Shown: positions 51,655-63,720, numbered from the stretch's first letter. The stretch: 64,000 bases of DNA from Paraspadella gotoi (GCA_051294375.1 CM119263.1:13470414-13534413), one strand, 5' to 3'. Translations and numbers: made by a program. Notes: generated from the letters alone by a model not told the origin.

Positions 51655-53825
51655 ATGGCCGACGAGGCCCGGACCGACGAGGCCAGGACCGTCGCCGAGA
51701 CCGAGACCGTCGCCGAGACTGAGACCGTCGCCGAGACCGAGACCGTCGCTCAGACCGAGACCGTCGCTCAGACCGAGACCGTCGCTCAGACCGAGACCGG
51801 CGCCGAGACCGAGACCGGGACCGAGACCGGCGCCGAGACCGAGACCGAGACCGGCGCCGAGACTGAAAAAGGCGCCGAGACCGACTCGCCAGCAAACGAC
51901 GACCGTGAAGTGCCTTCACCTGGGACATCTTCTGTGAGTTATTGAATAAAATAACAATAAAATAATATTATAAAAGTAATAATTTTATCAAAATATTTTT
52001 GGCACTTGGCTCTTTTTTCACCACCTTTGAACAATTTGTTTTTTTAAATTGTGCTTCTTGTGCAATGTGCATTAAAGCGTAGCAAAAATATTAAAATTAA
52101 GTTGAATCAAAATTTGAATAGTAGATCATGAACAGGCTTGTATTTTTAAATGAAAAAAACAATTTTATTTTTAAATTTTTGCATACGCCCATATTTATAC
52201 ATAATACTCGCCATAGAAAATGTTAAAATTTAATTTTTTTTTTTTCTTATTTTTGAAAGCAGATTCGAATTCCTCACGAAAAGTAGGTGAAAATCCTAAA
52301 AAAATGTTATAGTTAACTTATAATTTAATTAATATAAAAAATAGTTTTTTAATTTTTAGCAAACTTAATAAAATAATTTTTGATTTTTGATTTTTATGAG
52401 AAATTCGAATCTGCTTTCAAAACTATCTAAAAACTATTCTTAAATTTTGACATTTTCTATAGTAAGTACTATGTATAAATATGGGCGTAAGCAAAAATTG
52501 AGGAATTAAAAATAATTAATATTACATAGCAATGTTCTTTAGTACAAGACTGTTCATGAACAACTATTTGAATTTTGATCTGCAACTTTCACTATGCCCT
52601 AATGTGCATGGAGTAAAACCATCCGTTCATGACCACTAGGTATTATGTTTAATCCCGACCCAGTACCTATGGGAATTGTGAGTACAACTGTTAGCCAACT
52701 GGGTGGCGTGGCGACCCCCAAAGCTTCGTTCCTAAACCCAAGATCCGTTGAACTTTTCATGGCTTAATTTTGTTTTAGGGTCGACCGACCTTTGAGGATC
52801 AGAGAAGAAGCCACCGTAGTTACCGTTTAAGGTATGGTTGTGATAATTTTTGTCTCATATTTTTCAACATCTTTGCCTAATCTCCCTTGCCATCTCAATC
52901 GCCTTCAACCTCTCCTCTTTCTCTCTTCCTTTTTCTTGTCCTCCCATCTTTGTCATCCCCATCTTCTGAAATTACCTTGAGCATTGTCATATACAGTATG
53001 GCGTTTAAAAATAACAAAATATAACAAATCGAATAAGGTACATAGCTATTTTAGTGTAAATAAGTCTGTAGAATTCGATGGTGATAACCATTTTTTTGTA
53101 TAATTTTATCTTTCTTGTCGAAAATGACGATTTTTAATGAATATAAAATTTTCATAAAATAGCACAACCATTATAAGTTATGATAAATCAAATTATTAAA
53201 ATTTTATAAAATTTATATGAGCTTTTGAAATATAAAAATAAAGACTTATAAAAATATTTTGGTAAGTTTATTTCTAAATTTTATATTTTATAAAAAGTTA
53301 GCTATATTTATTAATAATTATTTGTAAAAATTAGGTTAAAGTTTCAAAATTTTATTTCTGGATATGCTGAAAAAATCGCCATTTTCGACAAAGAAGATGC
53401 AACTATACAAAAAACTATACAAAAAAATGGTTATCAACATCGAATTCTACTGACTTGATTACACTAAAATAGCCATGTACCTTATTCTATAGGTTATATT
53501 TTGTTATTTTTAAATGCCCTAATATACACAGTATACAGTATATGGTTTTTTAGGATGTCTCAAGGCCTATCTTCCAACGGATCTCAGTGTGGAATAATGC
53601 TCTTTAACCAACTCTGGCAGTAAGTTCATCTCTTACTAATACCCATTTGATGCTAAAACTTAATATTTTTGAAAATTGCTTAACAGACCGACGGTCGATT
53701 TTCGGAGTACCTGGAGCGTGCCACGTAAGGGACGTGGGGGACGTGGGAGTGGGACCAAAAGTCTCCCGGTGTGCTTTAAATGTCGTCAGAAAGGGCACAT
53801 AAGCCGATTCTGTCCAAATGTCTGA
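51655..53825 (+). CDS. Putative 178-aa protein with acidic (VAETET)n repeat, RGG stretch and C-terminal CCHC zinc knuckle; exons 51655-51933, 52779-52831, 53554-53619, 53687-53825
   Basis: agcATGG Kozak context. Donors GTGAGT, GTATGG and GTAAGT; acceptors ttttag, tttttag and taacag. Phases 0/2/2 are compatible, total 537 nt with no internal stop. Ends ...RKGRGGRGSGTKSLPVCFKCRQKGHISRFCPNV*. The exon opens at acceptor 51604, so an upstream extension is possible. Confidence 0.5.
51690..51885 (+). repeat. 18-bp minisatellite (GTCGCCGAGACCGAGACC)n
   Basis: About 10 degenerate tandem units, in frame within the candidate exon. Confidence 0.9.
52073..52601. mobile_element. hAT-type MITE with 8-bp TSD ATGTGCAT
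   Basis: Termini TAAAGCGTAG / CTATGCCCTA; long imperfect internal inverted repeats; TSD at 52065-52072 and 52602-52609. Confidence 0.8.
52997..53521. mobile_element. hAT-type MITE with long TIRs (about 150 bp)
   Basis: TATGGCGTTTAAAAATAACAAAATATAAC...GTTATATTTTGTTATTTTTAAATGCCCTA; 8-bp flanks ATATACAG / ATATACAC. Confidence 0.8.
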
Positions 53826-53852
53826 TAGACTCATATGTCGCGATTATTCGCG

Positions 53853-53894
53853 GTCAACTCCGAGGAGTTCGTCACTATGATGACCTCCAAGTGA
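53853..53894 (+). pseudogene. Calmodulin C-terminal fragment (VNSEEFVTMMTSK*) followed by 3'-UTR-like sequence
   Basis: GTC AAC TCC GAG GAG TTC GTC ACT ATG ATG ACC TCC AAG TGA matches the invertebrate calmodulin end VNYEEFVTMMTSK* at 12 of 13 residues plus the stop. There is no acceptor and no upstream calmodulin sequence. Confidence 0.75.
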
Positions 53895-55842
53895 GACTGG
53901 GCCAAGTTACCTCCGGCATGCGGGCGTCTTCGAGAAAAGGTCCCTCGTTTGCGTGAAGAAACAATGATTTCCGATTCCTCGATTCCATTATTCGTACTCT
54001 AATCGTAACTACTATCTATTTTTTTATATCTCTCATATAACCTTGGTCAGACTTTTTTTTTCGTTTTTATAACTTTAAAGAATGAAAAAACTTTTCTCTC
54101 CCTTTCGTTTTTCCGCCTACTCGCTCTCCATATCGTAAATGTATAAACATTTAAGATCGAATACCAAATTATAAATATTTAGCGTGAATATTCATTTACT
54201 CACCTGACACCCTTTTTTTAATGGCCGTTATTGTTTTTAATGTATTTGTCACGCAAGGCTGATGCGGTGACTCTTGTATGTTTCTGTACGTCAGTATCTG
54301 CAACTACATTTTTCTGATGTTAGGTTTATTTTTGTTAGTCGGGACAAAACTGAGATATTGAAAAAAGGTTAAATAAAATAATAAAGGTAAAATTTTGCTT
54401 CTGCTGACCGGGGTAAAGTTAACCTATAATTAACACGTAGGAAATATATACTTGTTTATTTCTGCCACGTAGAGATCTCTCCCAATTTTAGAACGGCATG
54501 TCACCGTTTCAATTTATGTAAAACAGTACGCCCTGTTATCATGATAATACTGTCTCTAAAACTTAAAGATCTCATCTTAACTGACTAAACTTTACTTTCT
54601 ACTTGAGGAAATTGTTTCATTGGTAAACTGTTATTGAGATTATTATTAATTTCTAGTATTATTTTATGGCAAACCTCTCCCTTGCCTTCTCGATTAGCAT
54701 TGTTGCCGATTTGCTTTGACTTTTAGTCATGTGCTTAAATTTCACCAACTGTGCCATATAAGGAAATAAAAAGTTTCATTTTTTATACATGCCTGGTCTA
54801 TTATAGGGCTATTGATTTATTTACGACTTTGGCCGCTGGAAATTTTAAATTACAATTTAAAAAACTGTTACTATCCCCATGACAAGTTTTTTTAACTTTG
54901 AAATGTGTACTATTTCCCTGCAAATAATTATAAAATTTCCTTTCTTCCAGATACTCTCTCTTTCTCTATTGGTACACCCTCTTCTACTCTTCAACTCTGC
55001 CTTAATTCCATTCTCTCCAGATGGAGTTCCCCGATTCTCCCGTTGCCACCAACGTTGAAGGCCCCTTCATTGTTGTCGACGCGATCCATGTCGCTCCCGT
55101 TTTGAGCCATGGACAAAAAGAAGTCGAGGATTCTGACTGCCGCTTTTATTTTCTTATTGAAAGAATATAAAAAAAAATTTTAAGCGAGATTTTCGCCGAG
55201 ACGAGCTAACTTTGTTACATTATCTACTTTTTGTCCGTTCAAGAGTGACGCCCAAAAAATGCGTTCTCATCGAATGAATAGGTTTTAAATTTGCCTAACT
55301 TATTAATTTCTTAGCTAAGTCCTCTTATATAAACAATTAAATGAAGCAGTAACTGGGAATTTTTACGATATAAAATAATCATTCAAGATAGTAATGAATA
55401 TGCTCATTGCTCAAGACAGCATCTTAAATTATTTTTTGTAAAATTTTACTTTCGCCAATCAGGGTTTTTTCGTCTTTTGAAAAAACACTTGAAAGTACTT
55501 TAAAATTACTTTGAAAAAATGTTAAAAAATTATTATGAAGTGACCGAGAGGAGAGAGGGTCGCCATGCCTCTGTGTGTGTGGATTGCTCAGTTGGTCTGG
55601 GAGATTTTTTCCATCAGTTGCCTTGCTTTTCGGAACTTCGAATCCGGTGGGAGGCTTGCTACCGGTGGTTTAACCGGCCCGTCACTCGTTTTGCAAGGAC
55701 TGTTCCGTTCAGGGGTAGGGTTCGGAGATTAAGCATTGGCCCAGTGCGCTATTACGGCGCTGATGGAAATTGTATCCAACGACGTAATTACCTAATTACT
55801 GGTAAAGTCTTTTATGTACAATTATGATCATTGAATTTTTAG

Positions 55843-56010
55843 TTTTTATCGAGCCAGGCGGGCAAAGCCCGTCCTGGCTAGATTTTGATTCGGTTTAGCT
55901 TTCGGTCACGCTTTTTTGCAATCATGGCTTCTGAAAGTGTGATATCATAGGGAGTTGAAATTTTATATATGGCTTCTAATCATCAAGATCTTTAAAATTC
56001 TCATGTTTCA
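55843..56010 (+). mobile_element. 5' part of a Helentron/HINE-like element
   Basis: TTTTT start, AGCCAGG-CGGGC-aaa-GCCCG-tCCTGGCT hairpin, GTCACGCTTTTT, 'gagttgaaattttatatatgg'. Confidence 0.45.
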
Positions 56011-56827
56011 TATCAATATTCGTATTTGTTTGTTTTATTTACAAAACAAAAACGTTTTAATTATATGTCGCTCTCTCTCTCTCTTTTTTAAATATATGTC
56101 GCTCTCTCTTTCTCTATTTTTCTCCGTCACTGCTTCTTCTGATTTGTCTAAAAACGAGTTCCGGCACTGCAGCGTCTGTCCAGCTTCTCTCTCTCTCTCT
56201 CTTTTTTTTTTTTTTTTTTTTTACAAAAATTTTTTTAAATATTAATGTGGGCTCACTAATGTAAAAAACGATGCCGCGAATAGTGTGTGAACAGGGTGCG
56301 AACAGGGTACGAACCCGGGTCCTTTGGGTAGAGAAGAGCTCACGCTACGTCCGGCGCCATAGGTACTGTTGATTCTTTGACGAGTAAAAACTTCACTTCA
56401 AAAACAAAGTAAAAACGAAAAACAAAGTAAAACTAATAGCGCTTTTCACTTTTTGGAAACATTTTAAATAAAACCAATAAAAACAATTCGAAGAAAAACA
56501 GCCTTTATCAGTTCGGATGAAGGCTATCACCATAGTCAAAACTTCTGTTATAATGAAAATGTGCTTTTGTAGATTCTAAGCTCACACTCTTATATAACAT
56601 CTCTTATGCTGTAGAGATATGGCGTTACCATATCTATTATTTTGTTTTGCCATTTCTTTGCCTTTTTGATAGATTTCGCTTTTTACTTTGGAGATTTCAC
56701 TCCTCTTTCTTTTCTTTACCAGATATGTAGGTCTATTATAGAGACACTAGACTTTCTACCCTGTCTGTAAACGGTCACCAGTCACGTCACTTCACCATTT
56801 TCGTCACCATTACGATGTCCTTTACAG

Positions 56828-58634
56828 TGAGCCTCTGACATGGCCCAAGAGCCTACCATTAGACTTTGTCACAGACTTGAGGGCAAACTCGTGGATGGAC
56901 ATGTGGTCACCATCCTTCGGACCACACTCATGTGACGACTTCGCCGACCACCCTCGCGGCGATGCCCACCAGCGACTGCGAGCTACTTCATCTCCGTGAT
57001 GGCGCTCGCCCACCGGCGCCAAGCATCGCCGCGCCAATTTCTGGAGGCGACTTCGAGGGATGTCTGGAACGACCTACTTCCGTAGCGACAACAGGATGAG
57101 GGAGATGCAGAGGAGTGCCGCCCAAGTATGTTGACATATACTTTCACTATAATCATTTTCAATTTGAATAAATTTCAATTCTTCATTTAATCTATTAATT
57201 TTTTAAAGTTATTTTTATCTCAGATGTCACTTGTATTATTGTTGTACAATGCTAAATGTGACTTAAAATTCTATTTTCTATTTAAAATTGCCCATATTTT
57301 CATTTCTCTTCATGACATTTACTCTTATGTTTCCTACTTCAACTGTCCTCACCCCTCACCTTTCATTATTCTACATTGGATACTCTATTTCACTCTGTCA
57401 ATTTCTCTTTCTTTCTCTACATAATTCACTAAGTTCCGGGGATTTCATTTGTTGTTAATGATAAATAATCTACGTTTGTTAACAACTTTTACTTCTTCCA
57501 TCGGTTCGTTTATTTCATGTAAGTTAAAATAATAGCTTGATGTTTAAGACGAGTTATGTATTATGCAATTCTATAACTTTTGAATTTTAATTCTTTCTTA
57601 TAATAACAAATAATAATTAAAGTAATATTTCATTCATATTTGTTTAGAAGATAAGATACCATAAGATATTTAATGTGGAATTTTCTGCATACTTATCGTG
57701 ATCACCTGAAAGCAAAAACACATAATTCATGAAATATGTACTAATTTTTGTTAATAATTTGTAGACTTGTAAGATAAATTAGTAAATACTCCTTATGCAT
57801 ATGTTTCATACTTGTGTTATTACGTGTTATTAAGTGATCAGAAATTAAATACTATGGCAATGGGAGGATTGCCTGTAATTTTATTTTCCTTGATACTTGT
57901 AACCAAAAGTCACTGGCATCACACCTTGAACTTGATGGTTCTTGTTCTATTTTTTTAGATACTGCGTCTTACGTCAGTGGCACATCCTCATTTGCTCCAT
58001 CTGCGTCCTCTCCTACGTCGACGGCGCCATCCCCTGCTCCATCCCCTGCTCCATCCCCTGCTCCATGAAATTCGACGTCATATTCTGCTCAGTCGGCGTT
58101 GTGGGCTTTAGCTTTGCTGTCAAAGAACGAGTGAAATGGAAGAGTTGCAACATATTTGGTCAGGAATTGACGAAATTGAGGGTGAGTTTAAATAGGGAAG
58201 TAGAGCGGAATAGAGAAAAAAGAGAATATTGAGTAAACTTCTAGATAGAATACAGCACCCCTTTCCTTACTTCCCACCCTCAGAGGTCTCTGTAAATCCT
58301 TTGAGAAAAGCGATGGGAGTGAACACTGAACATGTCCTTCCGTCTGACGTCCGCCGAATAAAGTCGCCTTATCGGAATTTTTAAGGTTTTATTTCATTGT
58401 CAATTGGCTTTTAATATATGTTGTATTATATATTTTTGTAGTTTGTTTTAATTGAAATTCTCTCAATCTCTTTTTTCCATGGTCTAAACTGTTGTCAATA
58501 TATGCCAAACTGTTTTCTCCCCAGGTTTCGATGGTTTAACCGATGACAACATTTACTTCAATCACAATCCATTCATTCATACCTGGCTACTTCGTGCTGC
58601 TCCGCCAGATACTAAAGAGGAAGCGCAATAAAAG
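56828..58634 (+). pseudogene. Decayed multi-exon gene of unknown family (exon-like blocks about 56828-57125, 57959-58181, 58284-58385, 58525-58634)
   Basis: GC-rich blocks bounded by good acceptors and donors with matching phase-1 junctions, but containing in-frame stops and a frameshift. Confidence 0.4.
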
Positions 58635-59612
58635 GTAGATATAGAAGGAAGAAAGGGATAATACAAAAATGGTCCTGATTTTATTAGTTTTTCATTTTAC
58701 GGTTTTTCTTAAAATTTGATGGTTTTGTTGAAATTAGGTAGTTCTATAAAACCAACTTTGCTTTCTCCAGATAAGTTTATTAGTTTTTTCCTATGTAATC
58801 TTCATTCGCGAAATATCTGTTTTGTTGAAAATGATGAAAAATGCTTCTTGAAATTAAGTAAAGATGCTTTATAATTTGTTTAATAATTTGCTACTAATTC
58901 CCCTCTTTCGTTTCCCTTCAGGGTCCAAGGCTGTTCATGTTAACCCGTTTTCTCTCTAATTCTAAATAATGCTTCACTTACAAAAACGACGTCGCTGTCC
59001 AGTGTCCATGCGTCAACACTTGATGATTAGCCAAAGCAACAGTCACCAATTTTTTGCTGTAACGGCCCAGTTGTCCGCCTTCCGTAATTGGCGCAGCCCT
59101 CTTTAAACACATGATTATTGCATACTATTCCTGTGTCGACATGATTGAAGGCGAGGGCATTGGAAATGAAAAAGATCTTTTTATTTCATAAATTAAATAA
59201 GCTTGGGATTACTTTTCCAGCAATCAGTTTTGTTTATTGCCAATGAACTTATGTCTTACTGTCTTAGGAGTACAAATTGTGAATCCTTTCCATGCGAGTT
59301 TTCATTAGGCATGGATAAAACTACGTCTTTTAATAAATAATGATCATGGAATTTAGAAGAATCAGCTGTTATTTAAAAAGCTTTATTTTGACTCATTGTT
59401 CATTAATTTTATTACTCATCTGTTGGTTATGATAACTGGACTGCTTATTAAAATTATCATCATTGTGTTGTTTAATGATTAGCATAGGCCTGAGAAAATT
59501 TAATAATTGATTTGTGACATTAAGTTTGGTATTCGTCGTTCTCATCATAAGCATGTCTAAAATGTGAAAAAGAAAAATCAAGTAAGGACTTGTGCAAAAA
59601 AAGGATATGTAG

Positions 59613-60194
59613 TAAGGCGTAGTGAAAGTTGCAGATCAAAATTTGAATAGTTCATGAACAGTCTTGTACTAAAAAATATTGATATATAAAAAAAAAATTT
59701 TAGTTTCTTAATTTTTGTATATGTCCATATTTATACATAGTACTTGCTATAGAAAATGTTAAAATTTTAAAATAATTTTTTTTAGTTTTATAGGCAGATT
59801 AGAATTCCTTATAAAAAGTTGATAAAAAAATATAAATCTTAATCAAAAATTATTTTATTAAGTTAGCTAAAAATTAAAAAACTATATTTTTTATATTAAA
59901 ATTAGATTATAAGTTAACTATAACAGTTTTTTAGGATTTTGACCCACCTAATGAAATAATTTTCTAATAATTTTCCTTTTATTAACTTTTCATGAAGAAT
60001 TCGAATCTGCTTTCAAAAATAAGAAAAAAACATTTTGAAATTTTCTATGGTGAGTGCTATGTATAAATATGGGCGAATGCAAAAATAAAAAATAATTTTT
60101 TTTTTATTTAAAAATGTTAACAGGTACAAGCTTGTTCATGATCTACTATTTTGATTTTGATTCAACTTGATTTTAATATTTTTGCTATGCTTTA
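59613..60194. mobile_element. hAT-type MITE (inverted copy of the 52073-52601 family) with 8-bp TSD ATATGTAG
   Basis: Termini TAAGGCGTAGTG / GCTATGCTTTA; exact TSD at 59605-59612 and 60195-60202. Confidence 0.85.
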
Positions 60195-60884
60195 ATATGT
60201 AGTATCTTTTATGTTAGCTGACTTAAGCTTAAATGATGATGATGATTATAAGGGAAGAATGGTTAATGATTACAGTAAACTTTAATGATGATCGTGCTCT
60301 GAGATGATCGAGCGGTCACATTGGTTAGTTTTCTTTAACATTTCTTTAAGAGAAAGAATATACAGAAGTCTTCATATTATAAAAAGAGTACCCATTTTTT
60401 GTGACCAGAATCGGTTCCTACCTAACTACCTTCATGAAATTTTACATTTATAGTTTTTATGACGATATAAATGGAACTATCGAGGCAAATTTTGACCTCC
60501 CAGTATATCCACTGTTTTTATGAAAATTTGCAAAATTACTTGTTTAGACTGGATTTTCATTTAAAAAAGTAACTATAATTTCGTATTCGAGTACTAGCAA
60601 AGCAACCGTCTGTCGGTCTGTCCACTTATATTAAATATGCTCGGATGATACTTCAATTTAGTTCATATTCATTGAGACTGTAAAGTATCATTAATGTGCA
60701 TAAGTATCATACTTGTGTGGTCACGTGATTTCCTTAAAAAGCGACATGACCCGAGACACAATCACCGTGACTTTTCCCGTAACTACATCCCTTTTAACCG
60801 TAAATGAGCCTTCGAGAAGCGATCGCCCTGACGGAGTTACGGCGAGTAACGGGTTTACTCGATATATTATATATATTTTATATT

Positions 60885-61105
60885 GTTTCATAAACAGAAT
60901 AGTAAAATGTAATATATTTAAAGTAATATTCTTATAAAATAAATTTTAAAAATAATTTTTTTTACACTTTTAATTCTTCATAAAAAGTTAAATCAAAAAT
61001 ATAAAACATGTTAACAAAAATTTAAAAAAATATTTTAAAATTTAATGATTTTATAAGGATATTACTACATAAATAATTAAATTTACTATACTGTTATGCT
61101 AAAAA
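60885..61105. repeat. AT-rich imperfect palindrome (MITE-like)
   Basis: cataaacagaatagtaaa vs tttactatactgttatg; gtaatattcttataaaat vs attttataaggatattac; termini unclear. Confidence 0.4.
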
Positions 61106-61608
61106 ATTTTTTTAAAGGCTTTAGAATTCATTAATTAATAATTATATATCCATAAGCAACAAAAAAATAATGTTAAAAAAATAACGCACCACTACAGCGA
61201 TCGCCGCTCATTTAAATACGAATAATCGGCGACGTCGCGGAACATTGAGGCCCCGGGCGTTGAAACGAATGAAAGGCGGCGCCCATCGTTCTCATTTACA
61301 CCCTGCGGCCTTTCCCGTGATCCACGCCATCCCCCGTTACCCGTAATTAAAATAGCGTCAGTGTCGGACAGTCTCGATTTGTCTCGGTATCCATCAAAGC
61401 ACGGCGCTGCCTCGATCAACGTCGGGAATCTCAAATCTGCGTTTAATGGTCGGCCGTGACCGCTGCCTCAACCCTGGTCTATCGTAAGACCATGCCGGTC
61501 GTTGCCCCCACCAACCCGGATATCCTGGCGGTGAAGGCAGGGGCGGCGAGAGAAATGGTGGGCCCCCCTGGTGTTGGTATGGAGGTATATTTGAGGTAGA
61601 AAATGAAA

Positions 61609-61830
61609 TGTTTGTTTACGTACGAGTTTTATAAAGAAACAAATTTTGGACATGTTTCAGCTTCAATGTAAGCCATCATCAGTGCAAAAACGAATTGATT
61701 TGTGAAACAAATATTTTTACCGACTCTTTCTCTGATGAAGGCTTACATTGAAGCCGAAAAAAGTCCGAAATTTGTGTTTCTTAATAAAATTTGATGTACT
61801 TAAACAAACAAGGAAGGAAAGGAAAAACAA
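61609..61830. mobile_element. Penelope-like inverted repeat with hammerhead motifs on both strands
   Basis: Minus 61686-61647: CUGAUGA-u-GGCUU-acauug-AAGCU-GAAAC-AUGUC. Plus 61732-61765: CUGAUGA-a-GGCUU-acauug-AAGCC-GAAA-aaa-GUC. The arms extend to TGTTTGTTTA / TAAACAAACA; purine-rich tail. Confidence 0.7.
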
Positions 61831-62597
61831 TATTTTTGTTTTATTTTTTTAAACGGTTAGCAATTGGGTTAGGGGTGGTTAGGAATTTGTAATAAAGTTT
61901 TTCTACCAGTGTCTTTTTTTATTTTTGCGTAGCAAGATTTCTATATACGTCGCTCATAAGAAACAAAAAAAAAAAAACCGACCGCAAAATCCCGGTCGGC
62001 CAATGTAAAAACAAGCCTATTTTCCTTTTTCTTCCCCTCTTCTTTTTTCTTAGTTTTTCTTCTTTCTTTCCTTCTTTTTTCTCTCTTCTCAGGGCCATCC
62101 CGGGCCCCCCTGAGGCCCTCCCTGGGGCCCGAGCCCTTCACCCTCTCGGCGCCCCTGGGTGGAGGCCGTGACGGTCATGGACCAAGGTCCGTCTCCCGGG
62201 CCAAGTCCAGTTTTAGGCGTGCACAGGGGCAGGCAACAAATCAAAAATAGTAATATTTATACTACGGGTGAGGGTTTTGAGGTTTACGCGGATATTTTGA
62301 AGAAAATAGACAAGAGTTCTGTAAATAACTTTAAACCATGTGGGATAACGAAATTTTTAAAAAATTTAGATTTTATGTATTTCGTTAATAACATTTAAAG
62401 TTTATAAATCATAAAATTGTTTTTCAATTCAGAATTTTTAAAAAATGAATAAAAAATTTTATAAGTTTTATAAAATTTTATATTTTATCGGTTAAAATTA
62501 GCAAAAACTAAAAATTATGGTATTGTGATGATGATAATTTTTAATAGGTTTTTATGGGTAGTAAATATTGATTAAAATGTTAAAAAGTGATCAATTT

Positions 62598-62992
62598 TGG
62601 TTAGGGTTGAGCGGTTTGCAAACGGGAAAAAATACTAATATTTGAACTATGTTGATATGTAAATGACGACGACGTATGAGATTCTGGGTAGTTTATGAAA
62701 TATAAAAATAAAGACGTATTGAGCGTTTTGAGTCAAGGTTAGGGTTTGGGAGTTTACAAACGCGTTTTTTAGCTAGGGTTAGGGTTGAAGAGTTTACAAA
62801 ACATAAAAATAAGGACGTATTCAGCTTTTTGAGTTAGGGTATGAGTTTACAATCATATTTTTTAGCTTGACGTGTGAGATTTTTGAGTTAGGGTTAGGGT
62901 TGAGTAGTGTACATTGTAAGGGTTGAATATTGATATTGAAGCATGGGTTTACAAATCGTGTTTTAGGGTTAGGGTTGAGTAGTTTTAGTATA
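62598..62992. repeat. Degenerate minisatellite containing TTAGGG units (continues at 63722-63765)
   Basis: Recurrent 'ttagggttagggttgag..gagtttacaaa..ataaaaataa.gacgtat'. Confidence 0.65.
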
Positions 62993-63720
62993 TGTGGCGA
63001 TCGTTTGTAAATCGCCAGGCGCGTCTGGGCCTCACTATTTAGTTTCCAGGATAAAAATTGTTTCCAGAACAAAGTTTTGTATTTGTTCAATAATAAAATC
63101 AAACCTTAATAATATAATATAAATAAATAAAGTAATAACATTAATCAATAACATTAACAATGGAAATAGTATTAATACTGTGAAAGCGAAGAAGCCTAGA
63201 TCGAATCCTACATCCCCCCAGACGAGGAACCCGGAGATGACGAGGATAATTTCTTCACGTTTGGGCTCAATATCGTCGTTTTGATGGAGGATGATGTGAC
63301 ATAAGACCGCGCCATAATCTGGGTGTGTCGCGGCGTTGGCGCCCGGGCGACAGCAGGCATCCGATGGCTTTGACCTCGGGAATGGGCGAAGGCCGAACGA
63401 CGACGTTGTCGTAGTGTTGGCGTCTCGCAATGGGGTGTCGGCTGACAAAGGGACCGGGAGACGTTGGCGTCGGAGTGGGTGTGGCCGGAAATGGCTCGTT
63501 TGGTTCGTCGTCGTTATTTGGTGAGTTTGTTTCGGCGCGTCTTTGAATTGGCCGGTTTCACTCAAGATATAGTGACGGTCTCGATACCTCTGCTGGGTAT
63601 GTCGACTTTGAAGTTTAAATTGTCTCGCGACGCGACCTGGAAGGGGCCTTCATAGGGGGCGGTAAGTGACGGGCTAATGCCGCCGGGCCGGATGAAGACG
63701 TGGGTGGATGTGGCGAGACT
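62993..63720 (-). mobile_element. Ty3/Gypsy (CsRn1-like) 3' remnant: integrase GPY/F domain, PPT and LTR (63212-62993)
   Basis: 63720-63550 translates SLATSTHVFIRPGGISPSLTAPYEGPFQVASRDNLNFKVDIPSRGIETVTIS*VKPA (one stop). PPT GGGGGGA abuts TGTAGGAT; the LTR ends ATCGCCACA. Confidence 0.8.

Noticed and set aside
51690-51885. CRISPR-like array
   Set aside because: Contiguous tandem 18-mers with no unique spacers, in a eukaryotic context with no cas genes.
52072-52602. Kolobok/piggyBac assignment from TTAA at the left end
   Set aside because: Exact 8-bp TSDs on two copies fit hAT better.
55021-55170. Exon-like block MEFPDSPVATNVEGPFIVVDAIHVAPV...
   Set aside because: An acceptor is present, but it could not be linked to any model or family.
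56499-56546. Possible fourth hammerhead (CGGATGA-a-GGCTAT-cacc-ATAGTC-AAAAC) with a short inverted copy
   Set aside because: Both core boxes and stem III are mutated; at best a dead remnant.
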